The notes below the pieces were generated by a model. The model saw nothing but the letters and a program-made list of their open reading frames with translations, did not search any database and was not told where the DNA came from. 64,000 nucleotides of DNA from positions 512,001 through 576,000 of the forward strand of contig CAVRZA010000002.1 in the NCBI GenBank assembly GCA_963725665.1, written 5' to 3'. A program made the position numbers and the translations under genes. The stretch's first letter is position 1. Each line of letters opens with the position of its first letter. Source of the stretch: an uncultured Actinomycetes bacterium. Its GTDB lineage: Bacteria > Actinomycetota > Thermoleophilia > UBA2241. Shown in pieces: positions 40,255 through 50,269 of this stretch.

Positions 40255-41451
40255 CTACTGCACCATGGCGCCGTCGGTACGGCCCATGATCTCTTCGCCG
40301 AAGTTGCGCACGATGGAGACGAAGGCGCTCGAGCTGGTCTGCCCGAGGCCGCACTTCGAAGCCACCTGCATCGTCTCGCTGAGTGCCAAGAGCTCACTCA
40401 GGTAGTCCATTGAGCAGGCGCCCTCGCTGAGCAGCTCGACGCCCTCGAGCAGCTTCGGGTTGCCCAGGCGGCAGGGAGTGCACTGGCCGCAGGACTCGTC
40501 GACGAAGAACTCGAGGAAGTTGCGCGCCACCGCGAGCATGTCGCGCTGCGGCCCGATGACGATGATCGCGCCGCCCGTGGGGACGTCCTCGAAGGCGATC
40601 GAGCGACCGAAGTCGGCGCGCGGCAGGCAGACGCCCGAGGCGCCGCCGACCTGCACGGCCTTGGCATCTTGGCCGCCCACCTGCTGGAGGACTGCGGCGA
40701 TCGTCACGCCGAGCGGGAACTCGTACACGCCGGGCCGCTCGCAGTCGCCTGACACGGAGAGGAGCTTGTGGCCCGTCGACGTCGACGTACCCATGGTCTT
40801 GAACCAGTCGGCGCCCTTGGCGAGGATGCAGGCGATGTTCGCCAGCGTCTCGACGTTGTTGACGGTGGAGGGACGTCCGAGGAAGCCGGTATTGACGGGG
40901 AACGGCGGGCGGTTGCGCGGTTCGCCGCGGTGGCCCTCGAGCGACTCGATGAGCGCCGTCTCCTCGCCGCACACGTACGCTCCCGCTCCCATGTGGATGT
41001 GGATCTCGAAGTCGAACCCCTCCGCGCCGAGCACGCCCTTGCCGAGCAGACCACGCTCGCGACGGCTGGCGAGAGTCTCCTCGAGGTGCCCGCGCAGGTA
41101 CGAGTACTCGGCACGCAGATAGACGATGCCCTCGTGGGCGCCGATCGCGCGTCCGGCGATAGTCATGCCCTCGAAGACCAGGTCGGCGAACTCCGAGAGG
41201 ATCACGCGGTCCTTGAACGTGCCCGGCTCACCCTCGTCGGCGTTGCAGATGACGTACTTCTTCTCTCCGCGCTCCGCGGCGGCGAAGTTGAGCTTGAGAC
41301 CGGCGGGGAAGCCGGCGCCACCACGTCCTTTGAGACCCGAGCCGGTCACCTCGGCGATGATGTCGGCACGTGGTTTGGCAAGGGCCGCCTTGAGGCCGGC
41401 CTCAGGCTCGATGGTGCTGTAGGTCAGCGGACCCGTAGTTGCAGCGGCCAT
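40255..41451 (-). CDS. hydB: NADH-binding flavin subunit (NuoF/HydB-like, short form)
   Basis: GRGGAGFP, NADEGEPGTFKDR, GAGAYVCGEETAL, ESCGQCTPCR..CGLG; no C-terminal ferredoxin domain. Confidence 0.9.
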   Translation of the reverse strand: MAAATTGPLTYSTIEPEAGLKAALAKPRADIIAEVTGSGLKGRGGAGFPAGLKLNFAAAERGEKKYVICNADEGEPGTFKDRVILSEFADLVFEGMTIAGRAIGAHEGIVYLRAEYSYLRGHLEETLASRRERGLLGKGVLGAEGFDFEIHIHMGAGAYVCGEETALIESLEGHRGEPRNRPPFPVNTGFLGRPSTVNNVETLANIACILAKGADWFKTMGTSTSTGHKLLSVSGDCERPGVYEFPLGVTIAAVLQQVGGQDAKAVQVGGASGVCLPRADFGRSIAFEDVPTGGAIIVIGPQRDMLAVARNFLEFFVDESCGQCTPCRLGNPKLLEGVELLSEGACSMDYLSELLALSETMQVASKCGLGQTSSSAFVSIVRNFGEEIMGRTDGAMVQ

Positions 41452-41969
41452 TCCGCGTACTCCTTCTTGTGTTCCGGCGCGAAGACTCCGAAGACGCGCC
41501 GGCACTCGTCGAGGATCTGATGGACCTTCTCCGTCGTGACCTGCGTGTAGACGCGGTCGTTGACGAGCAGAGCCGGACCCTGGTCACACATGCCCATGCA
41601 GTTCGCCCACTCCAGCGTGAACTTGCCGTCGCTCGTCGTCTCGCCGAAGCCGACGCAGAGGTCGTTCTCAAGCTGGCGAGCGATGCGGTCCTTGCCCTGC
41701 AGATCGCAAGAGATGGTGCGGCAGAGCCTCAGGACGAACTGGCCCTGGCGGCCGTCGCCCAGGAACGCATAGAACGAGGCCACGCTGTAGACCTCGACGG
41801 GGTGGATGTCGAGCTCATCGGCGATGACCTGCATGGCGTAGGGGTCGATCTGCGAGTAGGTCGCCTTCACCTGCTGCAGGATGGGGACGAGCGAGGTGCG
41901 GTCGTGCCCGAGCCTTTCGGCGAGGTCGCGCACCTCTTTGCTGAGCTGCTCTCGTTCGGTGACTAGCAT
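41424..41969 (-). CDS. hydC: NuoE/HydC-like 2Fe-2S subunit
   Basis: VASFY, CRTISC, CMGMCDQGP. Confidence 0.9.
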   Translation of the reverse strand: MLVTEREQLSKEVRDLAERLGHDRTSLVPILQQVKATYSQIDPYAMQVIADELDIHPVEVYSVASFYAFLGDGRQGQFVLRLCRTISCDLQGKDRIARQLENDLCVGFGETTSDGKFTLEWANCMGMCDQGPALLVNDRVYTQVTTEKVHQILDECRRVFGVFAPEHKKEYAEWPLQLRVR

Positions 41970-41979
41970 CACTGCCTTC

Positions 41980-42357
41980 CTACTGTCGCACGCTGAGGAG
42001 CTTGCCGACCTTGGCGACGAACGTCGTCGGGTCGACCGGCTTGGACTGGAACTCGTCGACCGGGACCATCTCCTCGTCGGGCCCGAACTCGAAGCCCGTG
42101 GCCGTCCCGACGCTGGTGAGCATCATGATGGGGAGCGTGTGGCCCTGGCGGCGCAGGTCCTGCGCCATGACGAACCCGTCGTCGGGCTCTTCCATCATCA
42201 CGTCGAGGATGAGCAGGTCGGGTTTGAACTCCTCGATCTTGGCCATGCCCTCGGCGCGCGTCGAGGCGGTGGCGATCTCGTAGCCCTCCCTCTCGAGGAC
42301 CAGCCGCCCGGCGTCGAGGACGTCGGGATCGTCGTCGACAATCAGGATCTTCGGCAC
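41980..42357 (-). CDS. Single-domain response regulator (receiver only)
   Basis: ILIVDDD, LDVMM, MLTS, KP. Confidence 0.9.
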   Translation of the reverse strand: MPKILIVDDDPDVLDAGRLVLEREGYEIATASTRAEGMAKIEEFKPDLLILDVMMEEPDDGFVMAQDLRRQGHTLPIMMLTSVGTATGFEFGPDEEMVPVDEFQSKPVDPTTFVAKVGKLLSVRQ

Positions 42358-42880
42358 GGCGCTCTCCCTCACTCGTTGATCTCGACATGCAGACCGACCG
42401 CCGGGTCGCTGCTGCCGGGGCGGCTGGCTGCGATACGCGTTTCCACGTGCGAATGGCCTGCTCCGGTGGTTGTTTGGAGGCGGCCGCACGGGGGTGCAAG
42501 AAGGGTGTTTCGGGGTACCACCTCCACCAGCTCCGCTTGGATCGACTGCGCGACACGCTGGGCGCTCCCGCTCGCGTCGCGCTCCGCACGGTGACTCACT
42601 TGGGACACTTTGTAGCTTACTTCACAACCCCCGTTCGTTGCCAGCACAATACACCTCGCTTCATTTGCCAATGGAGTCGCTGTCGTTGTCCAGAATGTCG
42701 AGACTGAGAAGCCCCCGCTGCCCCTTCGGTGGCCCTCTGGTCGTTGCGGGGCCCCTGCGCCGGGCTTTAGAGTGTGAAGGAACGCCGGCGCCGCCCCTAC
42801 GTGGCGCATCGTCCGGTCGGATCCCCGCCTCGGGGAGCCCCCGTTTGTCCACAGCGGCAGCAGGAAGAGTGGAGGTCTGC

Positions 42881-44167
42881 ATGAGCATGGTAGCCCAGGA
42901 CTTGAAGCAGCTCGTGGTCCCGCCGGTGCAGGGCCGGTCGACCGGTCTGGTCGTCGACCGCGCCGAGGGGAGCTGGTTCACGACCACCGACGGCGAGAAG
43001 TGGCTCGACATGGTGATGGGCATCGCCGTCGTCAACACCGGCCACTCCCATCCCAAGGTGCTCGCCGCGGCGAAAGAGCAGATGGACAAGCTGGTCCAGG
43101 GGCAGATGGCGCTCTTCTACACGGAGCCGCCGATGAAGCTGAGCGAGAAGCTCTGCGAGATCGTCCCCGGCGGCATGGACCGCGTGCTCTACGCGAACTC
43201 CGGTGCCGAGACGGTTGAGAACGCGATCAAGCTGGCCAAGCAGGTGACTCGCAGGCCGGCCGTGATCGCCTTCCAGGGTGCCTTCCACGGCCGAACCCAC
43301 TACGCGATGGCGCTCACGGCTTCGAAGACGGTCTACCGTGGCCACTTCGAGCCGCTGCCCGGTGGTGTCTTCCACAGCCAGTTCGCCTATCCGTACCGCA
43401 CGCCACGGGGCGAGGACCCGACCGACTACGCGCTCATGCACCTCGACCTGGTGCTGCGTGGCCACATCCCGCCCGATGATGTGGCGGCCATCATCGTCGA
43501 GCCGATCCAGGGGGAGGGCGGCTACATCGTGCCGACCAAGGAGTTCATGCAGGCCCTGCGCAAGAAGGCCGACGAGATCGGCGCCCTGCTCATCATGGAC
43601 GAGATCCAGACCGGCATGGGGCGCACGGGCAAGTGGTTCTGCCACGAGTACTACGACGTGACAGCCGACATCGTCACCGTCGCCAAGGGCATCGCCTCCG
43701 GCTTCCCGCTCGGGGCCGTCGTCTCGCGCGCCGAGATCTACGACAAGCACGCGCCGGGCTCGCTGGGCGGCACCTTTGGCGGCAACATGGTCTCCTGTGC
43801 CGCGGGCATAGCTACCATCGACGCCATGCGTGACGAGGGCATGGTCGAGAACGCGTTCAAGCAGGGCGAGAAGCTGCGCGCCGTGCTGCGCGAGCTGCAG
43901 AAGGACTACCCGCAGATGGGCGAGGTCCGCGGCCTGGGGCTCATGGACGCCGTCGAGTTCGTCGTGCCGGGTACCAATAAGGAGCCCAACGCCGCGTTGG
44001 CCAAGAAAGTCATCGGCGAGTGCATCAAGAACAAGATGCTCATCCTCGGCTGCGGCTACTACGACAACTGCGTGCGCTTCATCCCGGCGCTGAACCTCTC
44101 CGACGCCGATCTCGACCTCGCCGTCAGCATCTTCAGCGACGCGGTCAAGGCGGCTGCCGCGAGCTGA
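42881..44167 (+). CDS. gabT: Class III aminotransferase (4-aminobutyrate aminotransferase-like)
   Basis: NSGAE, FHGRT, EPIQGEGG, DEIQTGMGRTG, AKGIASG, GGTFGGN. Confidence 0.75.
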   Translation: MSMVAQDLKQLVVPPVQGRSTGLVVDRAEGSWFTTTDGEKWLDMVMGIAVVNTGHSHPKVLAAAKEQMDKLVQGQMALFYTEPPMKLSEKLCEIVPGGMDRVLYANSGAETVENAIKLAKQVTRRPAVIAFQGAFHGRTHYAMALTASKTVYRGHFEPLPGGVFHSQFAYPYRTPRGEDPTDYALMHLDLVLRGHIPPDDVAAIIVEPIQGEGGYIVPTKEFMQALRKKADEIGALLIMDEIQTGMGRTGKWFCHEYYDVTADIVTVAKGIASGFPLGAVVSRAEIYDKHAPGSLGGTFGGNMVSCAAGIATIDAMRDEGMVENAFKQGEKLRAVLRELQKDYPQMGEVRGLGLMDAVEFVVPGTNKEPNAALAKKVIGECIKNKMLILGCGYYDNCVRFIPALNLSDADLDLAVSIFSDAVKAAAAS

Positions 44168-44416
44168 CGAAACGACACGTTCCCAGGGCCCCGGGCGCCT
44201 CGCCGCCGGGCAGGCGAGCGAGGCGCGGTCCGGGCCGGCGCGACGGGGCGCGCGGCCGCTTCTTGCGCGCGGCCGCGCGCCCCGTCGCCGTCCGGGCTCT
44301 TCTGCGGCCTCGTCGTGGCCGTGTCTCCCCGCGCCCCGCAGGCGCACAGGTTCTCGACGCTCGCGTCGGTGGGCCACCGGGGGCGCGGGCGAACCGGGTG
44401 GTACACTGATGGGCCG

Positions 44417-44911
44417 ATGGATCTCTCCGAGCACTCCGTGATCTCCGCCGCGAGCAGCGCTGCGCCTTTCGTCACGAGCGTGCGCGTGCGCTACGCGGAG
44501 ACCGACGCCGCTGGCGTCGTCTACTACGCCAACTACCTCGCCTACTTCGAGGTCGCACGCGTCGAGTGGCTGCGCGCGCTGGGCTGTCCCGTCAGGGAGG
44601 CCGAGGCGCGCGGCGTGCACCTGCCGGTCGTCGATGCGCGCGTGCGCTATCTGCAACCGGCGCGCCTCGATGACCTCCTTGAGATCCACATCAGGGCAAG
44701 CGACGTGAAGCGCGCCTCGTTCTCGTTCGACTACGAGGTGCGCCGGGGGGACGATATCCTCGCTCGCGGGTACACTCGACACGCGGTCGTCGAGCGCGAG
44801 AGCCTGCGGCCGCTGGCGGTGCCCGCGTGGTTGTGCGACCTTCTTCGCCGCGCGCTTGGGGCGCCCGAACCGGGGCTCACGGAGCCCGCAGACGAGCAGA
44901 GCCGAAGGTAA
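44417..44911 (+). CDS. Acyl-CoA thioesterase (YbgC/4HBT family)
   Basis: VRYAETDAAGVVYYANYLAYFEVAR. Confidence 0.88.
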   Translation: MDLSEHSVISAASSAAPFVTSVRVRYAETDAAGVVYYANYLAYFEVARVEWLRALGCPVREAEARGVHLPVVDARVRYLQPARLDDLLEIHIRASDVKRASFSFDYEVRRGDDILARGYTRHAVVERESLRPLAVPAWLCDLLRRALGAPEPGLTEPADEQSRR

Positions 44912-44917
44912 TCTCGC

Positions 44918-45865
44918 GTGGACCAGGACCAGCCCTACGAGCACGTCGCCGGCGACCTCTCCGGCGACGTGCAGCACTGCTACCGGCACCCCGGCCGCGA
45001 GACGGGCGTCTCATGCTCCAACTGCGGCCGCCCGATCTGCTACGAGTGCATGACCCCAGCCGCCGTCGGCTTCCGTTGCCCCGAGTGTATCGCCGAGCAG
45101 CGTCGCGACGGCGGGCGCTCCCGCGTGGTCACCCGCGGCCAGATACGCGGGCGCTGGCAGGGCGGCATGCTGGGGTCGACGCACGCCCCGGTCACCAGGG
45201 TCCTGATCGGCCTCAACGTGGCCGCCTTCGTCATCGAGATCCTTGCGGCCGCCGGCGGCGGCAGCATCGGGGCGCTCTCGACCAAGACCCTTGTCGACCT
45301 GGGCGCCCTCTATACGCCGGCGCTCGTGGTGCAGCACGAGTATTGGCGGCTGGTGACGGCGATGTTCCTGCATGCCGGTCTGATGCACATCTTCTTCAAC
45401 ATGATCTCGCTCTACTTCCTCGGGTCCTACCTCGAGCCTGTGGCGGGGTGGAAGAAGTTCCTCGTCATCTACTTCACGGCGGGGGTGGCCGGCAACGTGC
45501 TGGCGTTCGCCATCGGTCCGATCTTCGTACCCATGATCGGCGCCTCGACGGCGATCTTCGGTCTGCTTGGGGCGCTGTTCCTGTATAGCCTCCACAACCG
45601 CCACACGTTCGCGGGGCAGGCGCTGCGCAGCATCGGCTTCTGGCTCCTGCTGAACCTCGTCTTCACGTTCCTGTACTCGGGCATCTCCTGGCAGGGGCAT
45701 ATCGGCGGGCTGCTGGGCGGCATGGCCGCCTTCGAGGCGCTGACGCTGGGAGGGCGCAAGAACCTCGATGCGCCCTTCGAGGGCGCCGATCTCGCCGCCA
45801 TCGTGGTCGTGATCGCCGTCATCATGGCCGTCGCCTGGTGGCGGGTCACGACCCTGACGCTCTAA
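44918..45865 (+). CDS. Rhomboid intramembrane protease with N-terminal Zn finger
   Basis: CYRHP..CSNCGRPICYEC..CPEC; WRL, HIFFN, GAST, GHIGG. Confidence 0.9.
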   Translation: MDQDQPYEHVAGDLSGDVQHCYRHPGRETGVSCSNCGRPICYECMTPAAVGFRCPECIAEQRRDGGRSRVVTRGQIRGRWQGGMLGSTHAPVTRVLIGLNVAAFVIEILAAAGGGSIGALSTKTLVDLGALYTPALVVQHEYWRLVTAMFLHAGLMHIFFNMISLYFLGSYLEPVAGWKKFLVIYFTAGVAGNVLAFAIGPIFVPMIGASTAIFGLLGALFLYSLHNRHTFAGQALRSIGFWLLLNLVFTFLYSGISWQGHIGGLLGGMAAFEALTLGGRKNLDAPFEGADLAAIVVVIAVIMAVAWWRVTTLTL

Positions 45866-45879
45866 GCGCCGCCGCCGCC

Positions 45880-47118
45880 GTGGACCCTCAGCGGGCCGCG
45901 CTCCGCACCGCGTCCCCGCGCTACGTCGAGGAACGCGCCGCGCGCGTACCTCGTGCCGAGTTGACCGCCAGGCTGGCCAGGCTGCGCAGTGACCTGGCCG
46001 CGCGCGACCTCGACGCCGCCCTCCTCGTGCAGAATGCCGACCTCTACTACTACGCCGGCACGGTGCAGCAGGCGCACCTCTACGTGCCCGCCGACGGTGA
46101 GCCGACGCTCTTCGCCCGCAAGACCGTCGCTCGTGCCCGCGTGGAGACGCCGCTCGATGTAGTGCCCCTGGCGAGCGTAGCGGCCCTGCCCGAGCAGCTT
46201 GCGGCCCGCTACGGCGCGCCGCCGCAGCGGCTCGGTCTCGAGCTCGACGTCCTGCCCGTCAACCAGCTGCGCCGCTACGAGGCGCTGCTGCCCGGCGTGC
46301 AGGCCGTCGACGTCTCGCCGCTCGTGATGCGGCAACGCGCCGTCAAATCGCCGTGGGAGGTCGAGCGCATCCGCGCCGCCGGGGCAGTCACGATCGCCGT
46401 GAGCGAGCGGCTGCCCGATCTGCTCGAGGAGGGGATCACCGAGGCGGCACTGGCCGGCCGGCTCGAGGCCGTGGCGCGGTCGCTCGGGCACCAGGGCGTG
46501 ATCCGCATGCGCGGCTTCAACCAGGAGATGTTCTACGGGCAGCTCCTCACGGGGGCGAGCGGCGAAGTCGCGAGCTTCCTCGACACGCCGCTCGCCGGCA
46601 CCGGCCTGAGCCCTGCCGTCGCCCAAGGCGTGAGCTTCAGGCGGATCGGGCGCGGCGATCCCATCGTCTTCGACTTCGTCTCGGTCGTCGACGGCTACAC
46701 GGCCGACTTCACGCGCATGTACGTGCTGGGGGCGCTCGATCCCCGGCTCGAGGAGGCCTACGCGGCTGCGCGGCGCATCCAGGAGGCCGTCGCGGCGCGC
46801 GCACGGCCGGGAGTGCGCTGCCGCGAGCTGTACGAGACGGCGTGCGAGGTGGCCGAGGCGGCGGGGCTGGCGGCATCGTTCATGGGGCACGGGGAGGGGC
46901 AGGTGCGCTTCATCGGGCACGGCGTCGGCATCGAGTTGGACGAACTGCCCGTGCTCTCGCCCAACGACCTCACGCTCGAGGAGGGAATGGTGTTCGCGCT
47001 CGAGCCCAAGTTCGTGCTTCCGGGGCTCGGCGCGATCGGCATCGAGAACACGTGGCTCGTCACAGTGGCAGCGCCCGAAGTACTGACACCGGCGCCCGAG
47101 CACATTCGCATCGTGTAG
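45880..47118 (+). CDS. M24 family (Xaa-Pro) peptidase
   Basis: GYTADFTR, GHGVGIELDE, EPK, GIEN. Confidence 0.9.
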   Translation: MDPQRAALRTASPRYVEERAARVPRAELTARLARLRSDLAARDLDAALLVQNADLYYYAGTVQQAHLYVPADGEPTLFARKTVARARVETPLDVVPLASVAALPEQLAARYGAPPQRLGLELDVLPVNQLRRYEALLPGVQAVDVSPLVMRQRAVKSPWEVERIRAAGAVTIAVSERLPDLLEEGITEAALAGRLEAVARSLGHQGVIRMRGFNQEMFYGQLLTGASGEVASFLDTPLAGTGLSPAVAQGVSFRRIGRGDPIVFDFVSVVDGYTADFTRMYVLGALDPRLEEAYAAARRIQEAVAARARPGVRCRELYETACEVAEAAGLAASFMGHGEGQVRFIGHGVGIELDELPVLSPNDLTLEEGMVFALEPKFVLPGLGAIGIENTWLVTVAAPEVLTPAPEHIRIV

Positions 47119-47204
47119 CCGACGGGCGCTCGCGGCCGCGGTGGACTGAGCTGAGTAGACCGCTCCAGCCGTGGCTGTCGTCTGCCGATTACTACGAGGT
47201 CGCC

Positions 47205-47999
47205 ATGAAGCAGCTGACAGACACCGTGTTCGTCCATGAGGTGCAGGTCACCGGCTTCAGCGTCGCCTGTGCCTTGGTTCTCACGCCACGCCGCGCAATC
47301 GTGTTCGACACTCTCACCGGGATCGACGACGTGCGGCCGGTCGCGGCTCTTGTGAACCGGCACCGTGAGGGTCGGCGCGTCCTCGTTGTCAACTCGCACC
47401 ACCATTGGGACCACGTGTACGGCAACGCCGCCTTCGCCGACGACGACATCGTCGCCCACCGATCGTGTCGCAAGCTCATGGCGTCGTGGTCGTACACGGA
47501 GGACGAGAGCATCCCTCTGCCGCCCGCCGAGGGCGTGCCGTTGCCGACGATCGCCTTCGGCGACCGCGTGACCTTCGCCGACGATGGCGGGACGCTGCAC
47601 TTGATCCACACGCCGGGTCACTCTGAGGATTCGCTCGTGGCCTACTACGAGGCGGCGCGGCTGCTCCTCGCCGGCGACACGCTGGAGTGGCCCCTGCCGC
47701 ACCTGTGCCAGCGGGACGGGTTCGCCAGCTACGTGCGCACGCTGCGCCAGCTCAAGCAGCTCCCCGTGACCCGCATCCTGCCGGGCCATGGACCGGTGAT
47801 GGGCAAGGAGATCATCGACGCCAACCAGCGCTATCTCGAGGGGCTCTACGAGGCGGTGCGGGCGGCGAAAGAGAACGGTGTCTCGCGGCACGAGCTCACG
47901 TTGCCGGCGGAGTGGTTCCTCCCCGAGGGCGTCGAGCTGAACGAGTTCTACGCCGAGGCGCATCAGGCCAACGTCGAGTGGGCCTTCGACGAGGTGTAG
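47205..47999 (+). CDS. MBL-fold metallo-hydrolase
   Basis: SHHHWDH, TPGHSED, AGD, PGHG. Confidence 0.88.
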   Translation: MKQLTDTVFVHEVQVTGFSVACALVLTPRRAIVFDTLTGIDDVRPVAALVNRHREGRRVLVVNSHHHWDHVYGNAAFADDDIVAHRSCRKLMASWSYTEDESIPLPPAEGVPLPTIAFGDRVTFADDGGTLHLIHTPGHSEDSLVAYYEAARLLLAGDTLEWPLPHLCQRDGFASYVRTLRQLKQLPVTRILPGHGPVMGKEIIDANQRYLEGLYEAVRAAKENGVSRHELTLPAEWFLPEGVELNEFYAEAHQANVEWAFDEV

Positions 48000-48096
48000 C
48001 AGCTCTAGCGCTCGCGCCTCAGTCACGCTCCCGCCTCGCCTCACGTTCTGCCCTCGCGCCCGCCGTCTGGTCGTCGGGCGTCTCCAGACCGTCCGG

Positions 48097-48124
48097 TACA
48101 ATGCAAACTGGACAAAGTGGTCCA
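48097..48124 (+). promoter_or_regulatory. Candidate -10 and Rrf2 operator
   Basis: TACAAT 48097-48102 followed by TGGAC-N6-GTCCA 48109-48124. Confidence 0.4.
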
Positions 48125-48144
48125 CTTCGTGTACAAAAGGAAGC

Positions 48145-48591
48145 ATGCGACTTTCGACACAAGCGGACTACGCCGTGCGTGTCGTCTATGAGCTCGCTTC
48201 GCGTCCTTCCGGAGCCATCGTGCAGACAAAGGAGATCGCTGCGGCTCAAGACGCGCCCGAGGGGTACCTGGTCAAGGTCGTCCAGGCGCTGGCCCGCGCC
48301 GGCGTGCTGCGTACGGTGCGCGGCAGCCAGGGGGGCATAGTCCTGGCTCGGCCGGCGACTGAGATCTCCGTGCGCCAGGTCTGCGAGGCGATCGAGGGAC
48401 CGACCATGTTTCACCGCTGCGCGCAGCGGGTCGAGCCGTGCTCGGAGGGCCCCTGCGGGACGCACGCCTTCTGGACGAGGATCGAGTCGCTGTTGACGCA
48501 CGAACTCGAGAGCACGACCTTTGCGGCCCTGGTCTCCCAGGCGCCCCACCGCGACGGCGAGCCCGTCGCCCATACAGCGCAAGGGAGGTGA
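48145..48591 (+). CDS. Rrf2-family transcriptional regulator (three Cys)
   Basis: STQADYAVR, RGSQGG, C-x6-C-x4-C. Confidence 0.9.
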   Translation: MRLSTQADYAVRVVYELASRPSGAIVQTKEIAAAQDAPEGYLVKVVQALARAGVLRTVRGSQGGIVLARPATEISVRQVCEAIEGPTMFHRCAQRVEPCSEGPCGTHAFWTRIESLLTHELESTTFAALVSQAPHRDGEPVAHTAQGR

Positions 48592-48598
48592 ACGAAGA

Positions 48599-48835
48599 GT
48601 GACGGCAATGATGGAGCAGATAGAGAAGGCGCTCGGCGACGTACGTCCGGCCTTGCAAGCGGACGGCGGCGACATCGAGCTCGTCGGCGTGACCGACGAC
48701 GGCATCGTGCAGGTGCGGCTGCAGGGCGCGTGCGCCGGTTGTCCCATGTCGCAGATGACCCTCACGCAGGGCGTGGAGCGGCATCTGAAGACCGTGGTCC
48801 CCGGCGTGGAGCGCGTGGAGAACCTCGGCTTCTAG
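48599..48835 (+). CDS. NifU C-terminal (Nfu) domain Fe-S carrier
   Basis: VRPALQADGGDIELV, GACAGCPMS. Confidence 0.92.
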   Translation: MTAMMEQIEKALGDVRPALQADGGDIELVGVTDDGIVQVRLQGACAGCPMSQMTLTQGVERHLKTVVPGVERVENLGF

Positions 48836-48888
48836 AAGAGAATGCGAGGGGCGGGGGTGGCTCTCAGCCACCTCCGCCCCTCGCGCGT

Positions 48889-49578
48889 CTACGCCTCGGA
48901 GGGCTTCTCCCCCGGCGCTCCGAAGGCCTCGAGCCGCACGTCGTCGGCGACCGTGTAGGCCATGTCGGTGCACCCGGCGATGTCTTCCAGCGTGTAGCCG
49001 CAGGCGACCTCCTCGAGCAGCCAGCCTCTCTCTGGATGGCGGCGGAAGAACGCCCGCTCGGTGATGATCACGTCGGCCTCTTTGGCGCCGGTGAGCGGGA
49101 AGGTGCACCTCTTCATGAGCTTGCTGCCGCCGTCCTTGGCGCAGTGCTCGCTGACGATGTACACGATCTTGGCGCCGGTCACGAGGTCCATGGCGCCGCC
49201 CATGCCGGCGAGCATCTTGCCGGGGATGATCCAGTTGGCGATGTTGCCCTCCTCGTCGACCTGCAGGGTGCCGAGGAAGGTCGCGTCGACGTGGCCGCCG
49301 CGGATCATCGCGAACGAGGTCGCGCTGTCGAAGTAGCTGCCGCCGGGGATGAGCGTGATGGGCTGGTTGCCGGCGTTGGCGCGGTCGCGGTCCTCGCAGC
49401 CGGGATCGGGGCGCGGACCCACGCCCACGGCTCCGTTCTCGGTCTGGATGACCACGTCGACACCCTCGGGCACGTAGTTGGCGATCAGCGTCGGCAAGCC
49501 GATGCCCAGGTTGATGATCTGGCCGTCCCTGAGCTCGCGGCCGGCGCGGGCGGCGATGGTCGTCTTGGCGTCAGGCAT
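48889..49578 (-). CDS. Family I CoA-transferase beta subunit (AtoA/ScoB-like)
   Basis: NLGIGLP, QTENG catalytic Glu, GMGGAMDL. Confidence 0.9.
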   Translation of the reverse strand: MPDAKTTIAARAGRELRDGQIINLGIGLPTLIANYVPEGVDVVIQTENGAVGVGPRPDPGCEDRDRANAGNQPITLIPGGSYFDSATSFAMIRGGHVDATFLGTLQVDEEGNIANWIIPGKMLAGMGGAMDLVTGAKIVYIVSEHCAKDGGSKLMKRCTFPLTGAKEADVIITERAFFRRHPERGWLLEEVACGYTLEDIAGCTDMAYTVADDVRLEAFGAPGEKPSEA

Positions 49579-50269
49579 TGTTGATCACCTCTTCGCGCAT
49601 CACGCAGTACTCGATGTTGGCGCGCACCACGGCGTCGACGAAGATGCCCGGGGTGTGGATGGCGTTGGGATCGAGCTCGCCGAGGACGTACAGGTCCTCG
49701 ACCTCCGCGATGACGTAGTCGGCGCACATGGCCGCCGGCACGTTGAAGTTGCGTGAGGTGCCGCGGTAGATGAGGTTGCCCCAGGTGTCGCCGGCGTGGG
49801 CGCGCACGATGGCGATGTCGCAGCGCAGCGCCGGCACGAGGATGAACGTGCGGCCGTCGAGCTCGATGAGCTGCTTGCCCTCCTCGGCCACGGTGCCGAC
49901 CCCGGTGGGAGTGAGGAAGCCGCCGAGCCCGGCGCCGCCGCAGCGCATCATCTCCGCCAGCGTGCCCTGCGGCGTCGCCTCGACCTCGAGCTTGCCCTCG
50001 TTCATCAGCCGGCCGATGTCGGGGGTCGTGCCGACGTGGCTGGCGACGATCTTTCGGACCTTGCCCTGTAGGGCGAGTTCGACGACGCCGCGGTCGTGGT
50101 AGCCGGCGTCGTTCTCGTACAGGGTGAGGTCGGTCACGTCCATCGTCTTCAGATGGTCGATGAGCGTCAGTGGGTCACCCTGACCGATGAAGCCGCCGAC
50201 GGCGATGCTCATGCCTGAGCGGACATGCGACATGGCCTCGGCGATCGGCACTACCTTGTTCTTCGGCAC
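49571..50269 (-). CDS. Family I CoA-transferase alpha subunit (AtoD/ScoA-like)
   Basis: VGGF, PQGTLAE, GGAG, TGVGT, GNL, RNFN, HTPGIFVD. Confidence 0.9.
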   Translation of the reverse strand: MPKNKVVPIAEAMSHVRSGMSIAVGGFIGQGDPLTLIDHLKTMDVTDLTLYENDAGYHDRGVVELALQGKVRKIVASHVGTTPDIGRLMNEGKLEVEATPQGTLAEMMRCGGAGLGGFLTPTGVGTVAEEGKQLIELDGRTFILVPALRCDIAIVRAHAGDTWGNLIYRGTSRNFNVPAAMCADYVIAEVEDLYVLGELDPNAIHTPGIFVDAVVRANIEYCVMREEVINNA

